From the NCBI GenBank assembly GCA_964016885.1, contig OZ024763.1, positions 19,716,001 to 19,780,000 of the forward strand: a stretch of DNA of 64,000 nt, written 5' to 3'. The notes below the pieces were generated by a model. It did no database searches. It was not told the origin of the DNA and was given only the letters and a program-made list of their open reading frames with translations. Origin of the DNA: Eledone cirrhosa. Lineage: Eukaryota. Position numbers and translations under genes: made by a program. How positions within the stretch are numbered: the stretch's first letter is position 1; every line of letters begins with the position of its first letter. Shown here piece by piece: positions 1 to 44,100 of the stretch.

Positions 1-496
1 GTTTGTATCTCTGCTCCTGCCCTCTCTCTCTTTCTATCTATCTCTCTGCTCCTCCTCTCTCCCTCTTCTGTCTATCTATCTATCTATCTATCTATCTACC
101 TATATTTAGAAGGAGAATCAGGGTGGAGAGAGAGGCACTGCACCCCAGTAAATTTACTAAGTTGGGTGAATGAAACGAAAATGGCTCGAGTGATTGGGCC
201 TTCTCTGTTTATAAGCCTGTAGGTTAAAGAAGAGAGCAAAAGGAAGAAAGGAGCACTTGCACAACACGCTCCTGAAGTTGAGGGCTGTTCTATCTACGGG
301 GTATTAAACAACCCATTTGTGCCCCCCCCCCCCCCCTATTGGGGATTTCGATTGTTATATTTGTTTGTTTCATATTTTTACACGATTGTATGTAAAATCC
401 CCGGCATATGTCTTTGTTTTGTCCCCTTTTCTTGTGCGCCCTTGTGGCTAATAAAGAAATATATCTGTCTATCTATCTCTCCCTCTCTCACTGTAG

Positions 497-31381
<30,885 letters not shown>

Positions 31382-31752
31382 ATATTACCAACTTTGCATA
31401 GGTAGCACTGTGTGTGTGTGTGGGGGGGGGGGGGTATGCATGGATGTGTGTGTGTGTGTGTCTGTTTGTACTTGGTGCACTTTATCGTGGCACCATCACT
31501 TAAGAGGTTGTGGTGCTACTAACATAACAAAAAAGAACTCGTAAGGCTTTTTGTGGGGTGAATGGGGGGGTGAAAGTATGGTTTCTGCAGCTGGGGCCCT
31601 TTGTCTCATCAACAACCTTACACAGACACAGACGCAAATATATATTATATATATACATATATATATACATATATATATATATATTTACATATATCTATAT
31701 ATATTTACATATATCTATATATATTTACATATATATATATATATATATTTAC

Positions 31753-31797
<45 letters not shown>

Positions 31798-31909
31798 CAT
31801 ATATATACATATATATATATATATATATTTACATATATATACACATATATATATATATATATTTACATATATATACACATATATATATATATATATTTAC
31901 ATATATATA

Positions 31910-31943
<34 letters not shown>

Positions 31944-32067
31944 TTTACATATATATACACATATATATATCGTCATCATCATCATCGTTTAACGTCCGTG
32001 TTCCATGCTTGCATGGGTTTGGACGGGAGTTTTCCCACTTGAGGCAAGAGTGGTTGTCTTGCTCGCA

Positions 32068-32412
32068 TAGGACTGTCTGGCGGGTTTTCTACAGTTGGAT
32101 GCCCTTCCTAACACCAACCACATTTACAGTGTGGGGCTGGGAGGTTTTTACCGTGTTGCCTACACGACCACATTACAGCGTGGACTGTCTGGCAGGTTTT
32201 CTACAGCTGGATGCCCTTCCTAACACCAACCACATTTACAGTGTGGGGCTGGGAGGTTTTTACCGTGTTGCCTACACGACCACATTACAGCGTGGACTGT
32301 CTGGCAGGTTTTCTACAGCTGGATGCCCTTCCTAACACCAACCACATTTACAGTGTGGGACTGGGAGGTTTTTACCGTGTTGCCTACACGGTCACATTAC
32401 AGCGTGGACTGT
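32068..32412 (-). repeat. 112-bp tandem triplication inside a SINE-tail sequence
   Basis: ggatgcccttcctaacaccaaccacatttacagtgtggg recurs every 112 bp. Confidence 0.88.
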
Positions 32413-32508
32413 GTGTTTTATATATATATATATATATTTACATATATATACACATATATATATATATATTTACATATATATATACACATATATATATATA
32501 TATATGTA

Positions 32509-32545
<37 letters not shown>

Positions 32546-32757
32546 ATATATTTACATATATATATATATATATATATTTACATATATATATATATTTACA
32601 TATATATATATATATTTACATATATATATATATATTTACATATATATATATATATATATATATTTACATATACACATATATATATATATTTACATATATA
32701 TATTTACATATATATATTTATATATATATATATATATATTTACACATATATATATTT

Positions 32758-32793
<36 letters not shown>

Positions 32794-33134
32794 CGGCGAT
32801 GAATATATATATATACATATTTACACACATATATATATATATATATATATCATTTAACGTCCATCTTCCATGCTTCCATGGGTTGTATGTATATCTATTC
32901 ATATAATTATATATATATATATATATTATATATATATATATATAGTTGTCATATAGTAAGGTGTATTATTGGCTGTGTCATACGGTCCAATAAAACTTTT
33001 GTTAGCAATATTAAGTTCTCCACGGATTTGTATATCTCCAATTCCATTTATGGCAACAGCTAGATGATGTAAAACGGAGTATTTGTATCAAAATAAAGAA
33101 CCGAAGGCATGGTATAAATTTCCAATCATTTTAA

Positions 33135-33208
33135 TCACGACACATGTTTCAATTAGAGATAGATCGATCGCGTAGCCATGATCGATTATCACTCATCTCG
33201 TCAGGTGA
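33135..33208 (-). ncRNA. Minimal hammerhead motif with GUC cleavage triplet
   Basis: Minus strand tcac CTGACGA gatgagtgataatcgatc..gatcgatctatctctaatt GAAA catgt GTC gtga. Confidence 0.6.
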
Positions 33209-33386
33209 AAATGAATTGTCTTCAAATCCTTGATATGAAGGAGAAAATTAACGATTTTCACTCACAGAGTTTAGTCCCTCAGGTAATCGATCATGGCTAC
33301 ACGATCGATCTATCTCTTATTGAAACGTGTTGTGATTAAAACGATTGGAAATTTATACCATGCCTTCGGATCTTTAGTTTGATATA

Positions 33387-33443
<57 letters not shown>

Positions 33444-34122
33444 TTGAATGTGTATATATTCCTACATATATATATATATATATATATATATAACGAAGGA
33501 AATGTGGTAAGGAACCAGGTGGACCATAACGCACCAAAGTACTCAATACTTGGGGTAGTAGAGTGGGTAATAGGAACCAGTAAGACCCCGACGGCTGAGC
33601 TCAAGCTGTTTCGACGGCTAATTCTGGACTTTTTAGTCCAGAATTAGCCGTCGAAACGGCTTGAGCTCAGCCGTCGGGGTCTTACTGGTTCCTATATATA
33701 TATATATATATATATGTAGGAGGTGAGTTTTATTGTAGTACAATAAAGCAATGCAGATATCGGATAAGAAGCACTCTACAGTTTGTAGGACTGGAGTATA
33801 CATAATATATAAGATCAAAAGATGGTTAAAGGAGTTCCATGTATACATGGAACTCCTTTAACCATCTTTTGATCTTATATATTATATATATATATATATA
33901 TCTAGTTAAATATTAGACACCAACAAAAACAGAGGCAGTACAAATGGTACTTTATTAGGTTCACGCTTTTGAGATATACTTGTAAGTATATGTATTCATA
34001 CATATATATATATATACATACTTGTGTGTGTATATATACACACACTTGTATATATATACATGTATATACACACACACTTGTATATACATACATGTACATA
34101 CATGTACATATATGTACATACT

Positions 34123-34168
<46 letters not shown>

Positions 34169-34384
34169 CTTGTAAGTATATGTATTCATACACATATATA
34201 TATACATATATTATATACATGTATATATATATACATTATATATATACATAAATTATATACATATGTGTGTATATATATATATATATTATATACATATATA
34301 TATATAACCTAAGATTAATATGGTTCATTGATTACTCAATGAATATAGTTTTACAATAGATTAAAAGCACTCTACAATGAAGTT

Positions 34385-34440
<56 letters not shown>

Positions 34441-34442
34441 CA

Positions 34443-34605
34443 CAAAAAACATGGGCAGAGGTGGTGAGAGCAAACCTCAGATCGCTGAAGCTCACGGAAG
34501 AGATGACAAGGGGCCGTGATGAATGGAGAAGTGCCGTGCTTAATAAGACCAGTCCCACCCTTGCAAGCAAGGAAAAGCAGATGTAAAATGATGATGATGA
34601 TGATA
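34443..34605 (+). mobile_element. RTE LINE extreme 3' end with (GAT)n tail
   Basis: KTWAEVVRANLRSLKLTEEMT..RDEWRSAV followed by the same tail as 5872-5925. Confidence 0.8.
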
Positions 34606-34854
34606 TATGACTGGGGGTGGGGTCCATATCATTAATACACCAAAGAAACCCACAAGTTGCAGATGAGAGCTGTGACATTAGTTACAATATGGCAACAACT
34701 TTTAAAGCGGTAATAAAAAATATATAAATATAAATAAATATCTTGAAACAATCTTCAAATCTTTGTCTTTGATATCTCCTTTTCTTTTCTATATTTGCGA
34801 TTTTATTTTATTTTATTTTAACTATTTTAAGTTTCTTGTAAACCCTGAATGCAT

Positions 34855-35705
34855 TTGTGTTTATATATGTATATGTATGCTTATGTTTGTATGTGTATGC
34901 TTATGTTTGTATATGTATGTGTATGCTTATGTTTATATATGTATGTGTATGCTTATGTTTGTATATGTATATGTATGCTTATGTTTATATATGTATGTGT
35001 ATGTTTGTATATGTATATGTATGCTTATGTTTATATATGTATGTGTATGCTTATGTTTATATATGTATGTGTATGCTTATGTTTATATATGTATGTGTAT
35101 GCTTATGTTTGTATATGTATATGTATGCTTATGTTTATATATGTATGTGTATGCTTATGTCTATATATGTATGTGTATGCTTATGTTTATATATGTATAT
35201 GTATGCTTATGTTTATATATGTATGTGTATGCTTATGTTTATATATGTATGTGTATGCTTTATGTATATGTATGCTCATGTCTGTATATATATGTATGCT
35301 CATGTTTGTATATATATGTGTAAGCTTATGTCTATATATGTATGTGTATGCTTATGCCTATATATGTATGTGTATGCTTATGTTTATATATGTATGTGTA
35401 TGCTTATGTCTGTATATGTATGCTCGTATTTATGTATGTATGTGTATGCTTATGTTTATATATGTATGTGTATGCTTATGTTTATATATGTATGTGTATG
35501 CTTATGTCTATATATGTATGTGTATGCTTATGTCTATATGTGTATGTGTATGCTTATGTCTATATATGTATATGTATGTTTGTGTTTATGTATGTATGTG
35601 TATGCTTATGTTTATATATGTATGTGTATGCTTATGTCTATATATGTATATGTATGCTCGTGTTTATGTATGTATGTGTATGCTTATGTTTATATATGTA
35701 TATGT
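34855..35705. repeat. About 26-bp minisatellite (tatatatgtatgtgtatgcttatgtt)
   Basis: Direct reading. Confidence 0.92.
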
Positions 35706-35711
35706 CTTAGC

Positions 35712-38507
35712 TATAAGCTATTCTGGGTAGGTAAGGATGATGGGTTAGGGGGAGTAGGCATTATCCTGGCTGAGAAATGGATCAATAAGACAATAGAGGT
35801 AGTTCGAGTTAGTAATCGAATAATTAAGCTTAGATTAGTTGTAGGCAGGAAACTACTGACAATCATCTCGGTCTATGCTCCCCAAGCAGGCCTAGGCAAA
35901 GATGAGAAAGACTGCTTTTACGAGCAACTTTTACAAACAACCGCAATGACAGAGGACGGAGACATCGTTATGCTAGCAGGAGACTTCAATGGTCATGTTG
36001 GACAGCTCCAGGAGTACACTGGGGTACATGGTGGGCACGGTTATGGCTCAAGAAATGAAGAAGGAGTGAGACTTCTTGAATTTTGTGATGCAGGTACATT
36101 GACCATTTGCAACACAAACTTTCAGAAACCTGCCAATCACCTAATAACCTACAAATCTGGTGAGCACATAAGCCAGATTGACTTCTTACTAGTTAGGCAG
36201 CAGGACAGGCAGATAGTGTCTAATACCAAGGCATACCCTGGGGAAGAATGTACCCCACAGCATAGGTTAGTCGTTAGTGATATCTCAGTAAGCAAGAGAT
36301 GGAATGAGACATACAGGAAGGTGTGGAGAAGAAAGGTCTGGAAGCTAAAAGACCTTTCACTAAAATACAAATTTAGGAAAACCCTTCAAGATGTATATGA
36401 CGAAAAAGAAGTCGATTTAGAGACGTATGACATAGATAATAACTGGAATTTCTTACGTGACAACTTGCTGCAGGCTACTGATGAAACTTGTGGCTGGAGC
36501 AGAACTCCAACCAGACAGAGAGTGACCTGGTGGTGGAACAGCACAGTAGATAAGGCCATTAGAGACAAAAGAATAGCATGGAAGGCTTGGAAAAAGGGTG
36601 GGAGTAGGGAAGAATATACAGCCACTAAGAGAGAAGCTAGACGTCAGGTGTACTTAGCACGCAGGGAGGCGGAGAGTAGGAGGTTTGCCAATGTTCTGCG
36701 ACGGGAAGATCAGAGGCGTGCGATGTTCCACATTGCAAGGCAGTGTGTCAATGCAAATCAGGATGTTGTTGGAGATAAATGTGTCCGGGATGATGCCGGT
36801 GTACTTAGTGTCATGAATGATCAGAATAGGAGGCCTGGAAATGTCATTATGAGAGACTGATGAATGTGGAGAACGAATGGGAGAGAGAGAAATTACCCTT
36901 AGTAGATCCGACAGAGGGACCAGCTATTGAGATTGACGAATATAGGGTCCATGAGGTGATTAGGGAAATGAAAAATGGTAAGGCTGCTGGACCATCGGGA
37001 ATAGTTGCTGAGATGCTGAAGGCATCAGGGGACGTAGGCACTAAACTGGTTGCATGCATCATCAATCAGGCTATATATGGTGGTGTCATACCCAAAGACT
37101 GGTGCAGCAGTATTCTCATAAAGGGGATACTCTGGAGAGGAGCAATTATAGGGGTATAAAACTGATGGATCAGGTTATGAAAGTGGCAGAAAGGATATTA
37201 GCACAACTAATTAGAGAAAGGGTCAAACTAGATGAGATGCAGTTTGGTTTTGTGCCTGGGAAGAGTACAACAGATGCCCTCTTCTTGGTGAGACAATTGC
37301 AAGAGATGTTCTTAGAGAAAAATAAGCCACTAGACTTAGCCTTTGTTGACCTAGAGAAGGCCTTTGATAGGGTACCCCGATCTGTCATCTGGTGGTCCCT
37401 AAGGAAGCTAGGTGTTGAGGAATGGCTTGTGAGGACTGCAAACTTTGTACAGAGGTACTCTCAGTAAAGTCAGGGTAGGAATGGAGTTTGGTGAGGAATT
37501 CCAGATACAAGTAGGAGTACATCAAGGTTCGGTCCTCAGCCCGCTCTTGTTCATTATAGTCCTCCAAGCCATAACAGAGGAGTTTAAGACTGGCTGTCCA
37601 TGGGAACTTCTCTATGCTGACAATCTGGTTCTTATAGCAGAATCAGTAGAGGAGCTAGAGAATAAATTCTGGCTATGGAAACAGCAGTTGGAAGCAAGAG
37701 GACTGAGAGTGAACCTAGCTAAGACAAAAGTGTTGATGAGTAGAAAAGAGGACAAAACCCTGATTCCGTCAGGGGAATGGCCATGTTCGATATGCAGAAA
37801 AGGAACTGGCATAAATTCTATAAAATGCACACAATGCAGATCCTGGGTACACAAGAGATGTAGCGGGATAGCAGACAAACTAACAGGTAGGGAGAAATAT
37901 GTATGCAGTAGATGTACAGGGAAATTAGACAGTAGAAGTCGCATTGATAGACACATTTTTCAGATGCAGGAGGGCGCTATAGAAGTGGTGGATAGCTTCC
38001 GGTACCTAGGAGATCAGATTAGCATGGGAGGAGGGTGTTCCGAGGCCATAGTATCTAGAATAAGGATGGGTTGGAAGAAGTTTAGGGAGCTGCTTCCTCT
38101 GTTGACGAAGAAGGGTTTCTTCCTGCGTACAAAAGGCCGGTTGTATGATGCCTGTGTGAGGAGCGCGATGCTGCATGGTAGTGAGACATGGGCAGCAACT
38201 GCAGAGGATATGCGACGGCTGGAGAGAAATGAGGCAAGCATGCTCCATTGGATGTGCAGTGTAAATGTGCGTGAATGACCCAGCATAAATGTGTTGAGAG
38301 AGAAACTGTGTCTGAGAGGAATAGAACGTAGTGTACGGGAGAGGAGACTGAGGTGGTATGGACATGTGATGCGCATGGAGGATGACCGATGGGTGAAGAA
38401 GTACCAGGAATTGCCAGTTGAAGGAAGACATGGTAGAAGTAGGCCACGAAAAACATGGGCGGAGGTGGTGAGAATGGGAGGGAGACTGAGGTGGTATGGA
38501 CATGTGT
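35712..38507 (+). mobile_element. RTE-clade LINE, 5'-truncated and frameshifted (APE endonuclease + RT + Cys-rich finger)
   Basis: YKLFWVG..GVGI, SVYAPQ, AGDFNGHVG, QIDFLL, NYRGIKL, QFGFVPGKST, DLEKAFDRVPR, GVHQGSVLSPLLF, LLYADN, RRLRWYGHVMRM, spread over five ORFs. Confidence 0.93.
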
Positions 38508-39366
38508 ATGCTTATGTGAATATATAGGACATAACGCATTGCCCGGTCGAGGAATCGAATTCACAACCTCACGCTTGCGAATCCAATTCTCTAACCACTC
38601 AGCCACAAGCCTATATTTGTTAGAAAATACTGTTGAAGTATTTATGGTTTAGTTAGTGTGTTGGGCTGTTATATTAAGTTTCAGCCTAGCTGGGATTCGA
38701 TCTTTAGCTGGAACCTAGATTTTTTTTTTATCGTTGAGAAAGGTTGTACTCTCTCTCTCTCTATATATATATATATAAATATATATATATTGACTTTCAT
38801 CTATATTCATTAATTATAGTGAGCCAAACAATTAGATTTCGTCAAGCTTCGCTCTCTCTCTCTATATATATATATAATCTTTATCGCACCCTTTTCGGAT
38901 TTTAGTCCTATTTATTATTACTATAGTTAAGGGCTCATATGTGTGTGTATCCTAAACGGACGGTAGTCCGTTTAGTAATATTGTTGTGGTCGTGTTTTCG
39001 TTGGCAATCGTCTGTTTACGACACTACAGCGCGGCTCTACTTTATTTAACTGAGATAAAACTTATATGAGCATGAACAGTAGATCATTACGCATCTTTTG
39101 GCTTAAAAATTTAGAAATTTGGTCCAGCGGGAAAAAGTTTATAATCAAAGTTTGCTGATAAATCTTGTGTTCAAGTGAGTAAGTAGTAAGCGTGACGCTA
39201 GAGGAGGTAATCCAGAAATGACGTAGCTTTGTCATTAAGCCAGTTGCCTCAACTAGATTGCAATTATACTCAAAAGAACTTTAAAATGTCAATCACTTGT
39301 CAGTAATTCACTATGATCATTTAATTATTAGATAGTTGTTGCTTGCATTGCCTTAAAAAATAGTAG

Positions 39367-40741
39367 ACCAGATAGAAAAATGCGTACAGCAAAAAAAAGT
39401 AATATTGTTGGAATATAAACCTTTAAAAATACAGGACAAGAAACTAAAATAAAACTTTAAAAGAATAGGACAAGAAACTAAGATAAAACTTTAAAGAATT
39501 GGACAAGAAATAAAAAATTTTACAATAATATTAGTGGCAAAATTTTTTTATTCGTTTCCTGTGCTATGCCCCAGTATCTTCTTGATTAGTGCATAATAAT
39601 TGTCATGCTCTCATTGTGTGTTGCCCCCGAGCGGTTGGTTTTGGTTGGGGTTGGTTGGCTGAGCAGTTCTGCTCCGTCAGAATGACCATTGCAAGAAGAA
39701 TTGGCCGATGCAGCTGCAGGTCTCCTCCAAGAATGCACTTCTGGTCCCGCAACACCAGACGAAGATGGAGAAGACGACCGGGGCAAGATGTCGACTCTGA
39801 CCACTGGCTACGGCACCTCCCTCAACCACCGGTCCTCCCTCCCCCTGTCCCGTCATCCCTCCAGTCCTCCTGCTCCCCCTTCCTGTATCAGAAAGTTGTG
39901 GCACGTATTCATCTGGACTGCCGGACTTGAACTCAAAGGCAAGATGCAAGGAGAAGATGGACGCGTTGGTCAAGATCAAGGATGAGCGGGACGACAAGAC
40001 CGTCCGCTGCTGCTCAAGATCTGCTCATGGGTCCATTCACATTATGCATAACACATGAGGCGTGTCGCCGAATGATGAAATAGGGGTATGGTTATGGCCC
40101 AATTGGTGTTCAAACCAGGATCAAATGATCCCCCCCCCCCCGGTCTGACGACGACCTCTGAATGTGGAACTCGATTTTTTACCAATAGAAATTTTGCCAC
40201 TAATATTATTGTAAAATTTTTTATTTCTTGTCCTATTCTTTTAAAGTTTTATCTTAGTTTCTTGTCCTATTCTTTTAAAGTTTTATCTTAGTTTCTTGTC
40301 CTATTCTTTTAAAGTTTTATTTTAGTTTCTTGTCCTATTCTTTTAAAGTTTTATCTTAGTTTCTTGTCCTATTCTTTTAAAGTTTTATTTTAGTTTCTTG
40401 TCCTGTATTTTTAAAGTTTTATCTTAGTTTCTTGTCCTATTCTTTTAAAGTTTTATCTTAGTTTCTTGTCCTATTCTTTTAAAGTTTTATCTTAGTTTCT
40501 TGTCCTATTCTTTTAAAGTTTTATTTTAGTTTCTTGTCCTATTCTTTTAAAGTTTTATCTTAGTTTCTTGTCCTATTCTTTTAAAGTTTTATTTTAGTTT
40601 CTTGTCCTATTCTTTTAAAGTTTTATTTTAGTTTCTTGTCCTATTCTTTTAAAGTTTTATTTTAGTTTCTTGTCCTGTATTTTTAAAGGTTTATATTCCA
40701 ACAATATTACTTTTTTTGCTGTACGCATTTTTCTATCTGGT
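39367..40741. mobile_element. Foldback-type element with long TIRs containing 34-bp tandem repeats
   Basis: 39367-39544 is the reverse complement of 40189-40741 except for repeat number (about 3 versus 14 units of gtttcttgtcctattcttttaaagttttatctta). Confidence 0.8.
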
Positions 40742-40967
40742 ATATATATATATATATATATATATATGTAGATAAATCTACCAAGAGTTTACGGTAGTGT
40801 CCAATCCGTATGAAGAACTCAATGTAGTCCGGATATCATGGAAAGAAGAGATGCAATGAAAAATCACTTTCGGTGAAAGATAAACGGAATACAGAGTCTG
40901 GTCAATTTGAACTCCGTTCCCAAACGGACCTGAAATTTTGAATTGTTGTTATTATCAATAAATATAT

Positions 40968-41122
40968 TTCATTATTTCTGAAGACGGCGTATATATGTGT
41001 TTGGTATGTATATTTAATCTTGATAGTTTGTATAATTTTGTATAATTTTGTACATAGATCTGTTGAATATGCATGCCAATTCTAACACACATATATCCTA
41101 GAAACGATCGTTAAATAATGAA
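40968..41122 (+). ncRNA. Hammerhead motif with long stem II
   Basis: 10-bp stem I ttcattattt/aaataatgaa; CTGAAGA; long hairpin atatatgtgt..ttggtatgtatatttaa / ttgaatatgcatgccaa..acatatat; GAAA; palindrome acgatcgt; GUU. Confidence 0.72.
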
Positions 41123-44100
41123 CTTTTTTTGTTTAATATAAGGAACTGTTTCATTGTTTTATTCATTATTTTTTTAATATTTTTAATATTTTATATATAT
41201 GTATATATATTATCCATGAACCCGTAACTAAAGTCAACAATAGTACCATCTTTCTCAACAATAAAAATAAATCTAGGTTCCAGCTTATATATATAGACAT
41301 ACACACATATAGGAACGTGAGATGAGAGTTATCTCCCCTGTATTCCTTGTTGGACTTACAAACTGTCTTACACACACAGTAATACGGTATGAGATTTAGA
41401 AAGCTGATGGTCATCGGTTCAAATCAGCCCCGGAAAAGAATTTTATTTTACCGAAGCCGCGGAAGAATGAAAGACAATTTCGACAATCTTGTATTACTAA
41501 TAACACTGAGAAATGCATGAACGGAGTCGCATCAAGTCTCCTGTAAAGAAAGTAGATTTATAAGTGTTAAATTTTACTACGTTTAGTAGAGCTGTTTCGG
41601 TGGCTTAGTGGTAAGGTGTTGGAACAGTACCGACGTTGGTCGGGTTTCAATCTGAATCAATATCAATTTTTTTTTTTTCAAGACATAAAAAATAAGTGAA
41701 AAAAAAAGAATAGCATGGTTCCTTTTTAAGAGAGCTACTGATCAAGATTGAACCCCAACCACCAGGTCTAACAGTTACCGTTACCAGACAGTTTACCACT
41801 AAGCCACCGGAGCACTCACACGAGTTGGTTAAAAATTAAAACTTATAAACCTACTTTTTACAGGAAAGGGATGATGATGGTGATGGTTGGAAGGAAGGAA
41901 GCAAAGCCCATCCAACTAATAACATCCTGTGCAACTCTGCCATTAATATATTTTAAAAAAAACAAAACAGGTTTTAATTGTGAACACTTATATATATATA
42001 TGTGTGGGTGTGTGTATATTTATATATATAATTGTTTCTACGTTTGGCACAAGGCCAGAAATTACCCAGTGTATTACTGGTACTTTATATTTATATATAT
42101 AATGTGTTTGTATATATTTATATAATTGTTTCTACTTTTGGCACAAGGCCAGCAAATAACCCAGTACATTACTGGTACTTTATTTTATCGACCCCGTAAG
42201 GATGAAAGGCAAAGTTAACCTCGGCGGGATTTTAACTCAGAATGGCAAGGGCCGTAACTCTATGCGTCAAAGCATGGCGTCCGACCCTCTACCAATACTG
42301 CCAATCCACCGCCCTAACATGGCGTCCGACCCTCTACCGATACTGCCAATCCCCCGCCCCTCATTATATATTTATATAATGTGAGTGTGTGTGTGTGTAA
42401 GATTGGTACCTTGAGGAATTTTCTTTTACAATACCCTTAGACTGACCAATGCCTTCTTATTAAAATTTGGTAGCAGGAAAATAACTCGATAAAATAAAGT
42501 ACTAGAGTTTTTAAAAAAATTACTGATAGGATACATCAAGGTAGTGCACCAGCATGGCCGCAGACTAATTTTATGTGTGTGTGTGTGTTTGAAAGAGAGA
42601 TAGGGAGAGTAAGAGTGAAATAGATAAATATAGAGAGGGAGCGAGTGTGAGCTAGAGATATAGAGAGAGTGAAACTGCGACTAATGAGAAGTCTAGATGG
42701 AGCTGTATATAAAGACGTCAGTCAGTCACTGCTTCAACACGCATTTTTATACCGGGGAACTTGGAACACTTACAAGCCAGAAGTGCCTGTGTGTGTATAT
42801 ATATATATATATACACATACACACACACTTGTGTATATATATATACACATACATATATATATACGCACACTTATATAAATATATACATATACACACTTAA
42901 ATATATATATAATATGTTGAGAGTTTTTGATATTTTGATATTTTGGTGTTTCCCTGCTTCCGGGACTGTATATCATACAGATGTATGCGAATAAATGACT
43001 TAATAATTCAGCCCACATAATAAGATCGATTGCCTGCTTCAACTGCCTGACCCTGCAAATATCATTCTGACGCACTCTAATCATGTATAAATAAGACACG
43101 CGTGCATGCTACACGTGAGATTATTTCATACACTGACTACTCTAAACTTCCCTCTTGCTTTATCTTCATAGACTGCCAACGCTTCATGCTTATATTTATT
43201 TTCATTTTTGTTTTTATTTTTATTTTTATTTTTATTTTTATTTTTATTTTTATTTTCATCCTGTAACCTCTATATGTAAATTGCCATGCTATATCATTTG
43301 ATGAATGTCACCCCACTGTTGATCAATATGCGCATATGTTTTATATGTCTCTTGGGTTGAAAAGGAGGTCAAGTATGTTATGGATCAGTAAATAGTTGCT
43401 CCGAAGAATCCAAACCTCGGTTTGGAGGTAACAATTGTAAGCAAATAAATGACTTAAACTGAACTTTGATTATTGTAATCTCTATATAACTGCTCTGTAA
43501 AACAACTGATGTTATTACATTGAGCTATTTATCTTACTGGTAATAGGATAGTAATTAATGACTATCTTTCACTATTTAGGGTTGTATAAAAAAATATATT
43601 ACCATAAAAGGTTTTATTACATACATAACCATAAATAGTATCCTTAATACTATATATATATAAAGGTTGTTTTCTCCAAAATGTATGCACACTTTGATTA
43701 GGACGCTGTTGATGTGTGTATACATTTTGGTACTTACATAGAGCACTCTTCACTCCTATGACTTTTTCAATTTTCAACGGAAACTTCAATACATATATAT
43801 GTATGCGTGTGTAAAGTACAGTCAGGGCACGACGGCTGAACTGTTGCCGTTTCTACTACATCTATACTCGCACTCTATCCCAAGTATCGAGTACTCGGCT
43901 GAATTACGGTCTAAAACAAGTATAATCCTGATATATATATATGAGCATGTATGTTTAGAAAATGACAGCGCTTCGAAATTTGGTAGTTGAATTCGAGGCT
44001 TTCGAGTACAAAATGTATATATACTTGTATACACATGTAAATATGCGTGCGTATATATGTAAATATGTGTGTATGCATGTAAATATGCGTGTGTATACAT

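Noticed and set aside
34857-36860. 667-aa ORF as a novel fusion protein
   Set aside because: Stop-free minisatellite running by chance into a 5'-truncated RTE endonuclease frame.
40805-40890. Additional hammerhead (tccgt ATGAAGA..GAAA..acgga)
   Set aside because: C3 is missing and stems II/III are unconvincing.
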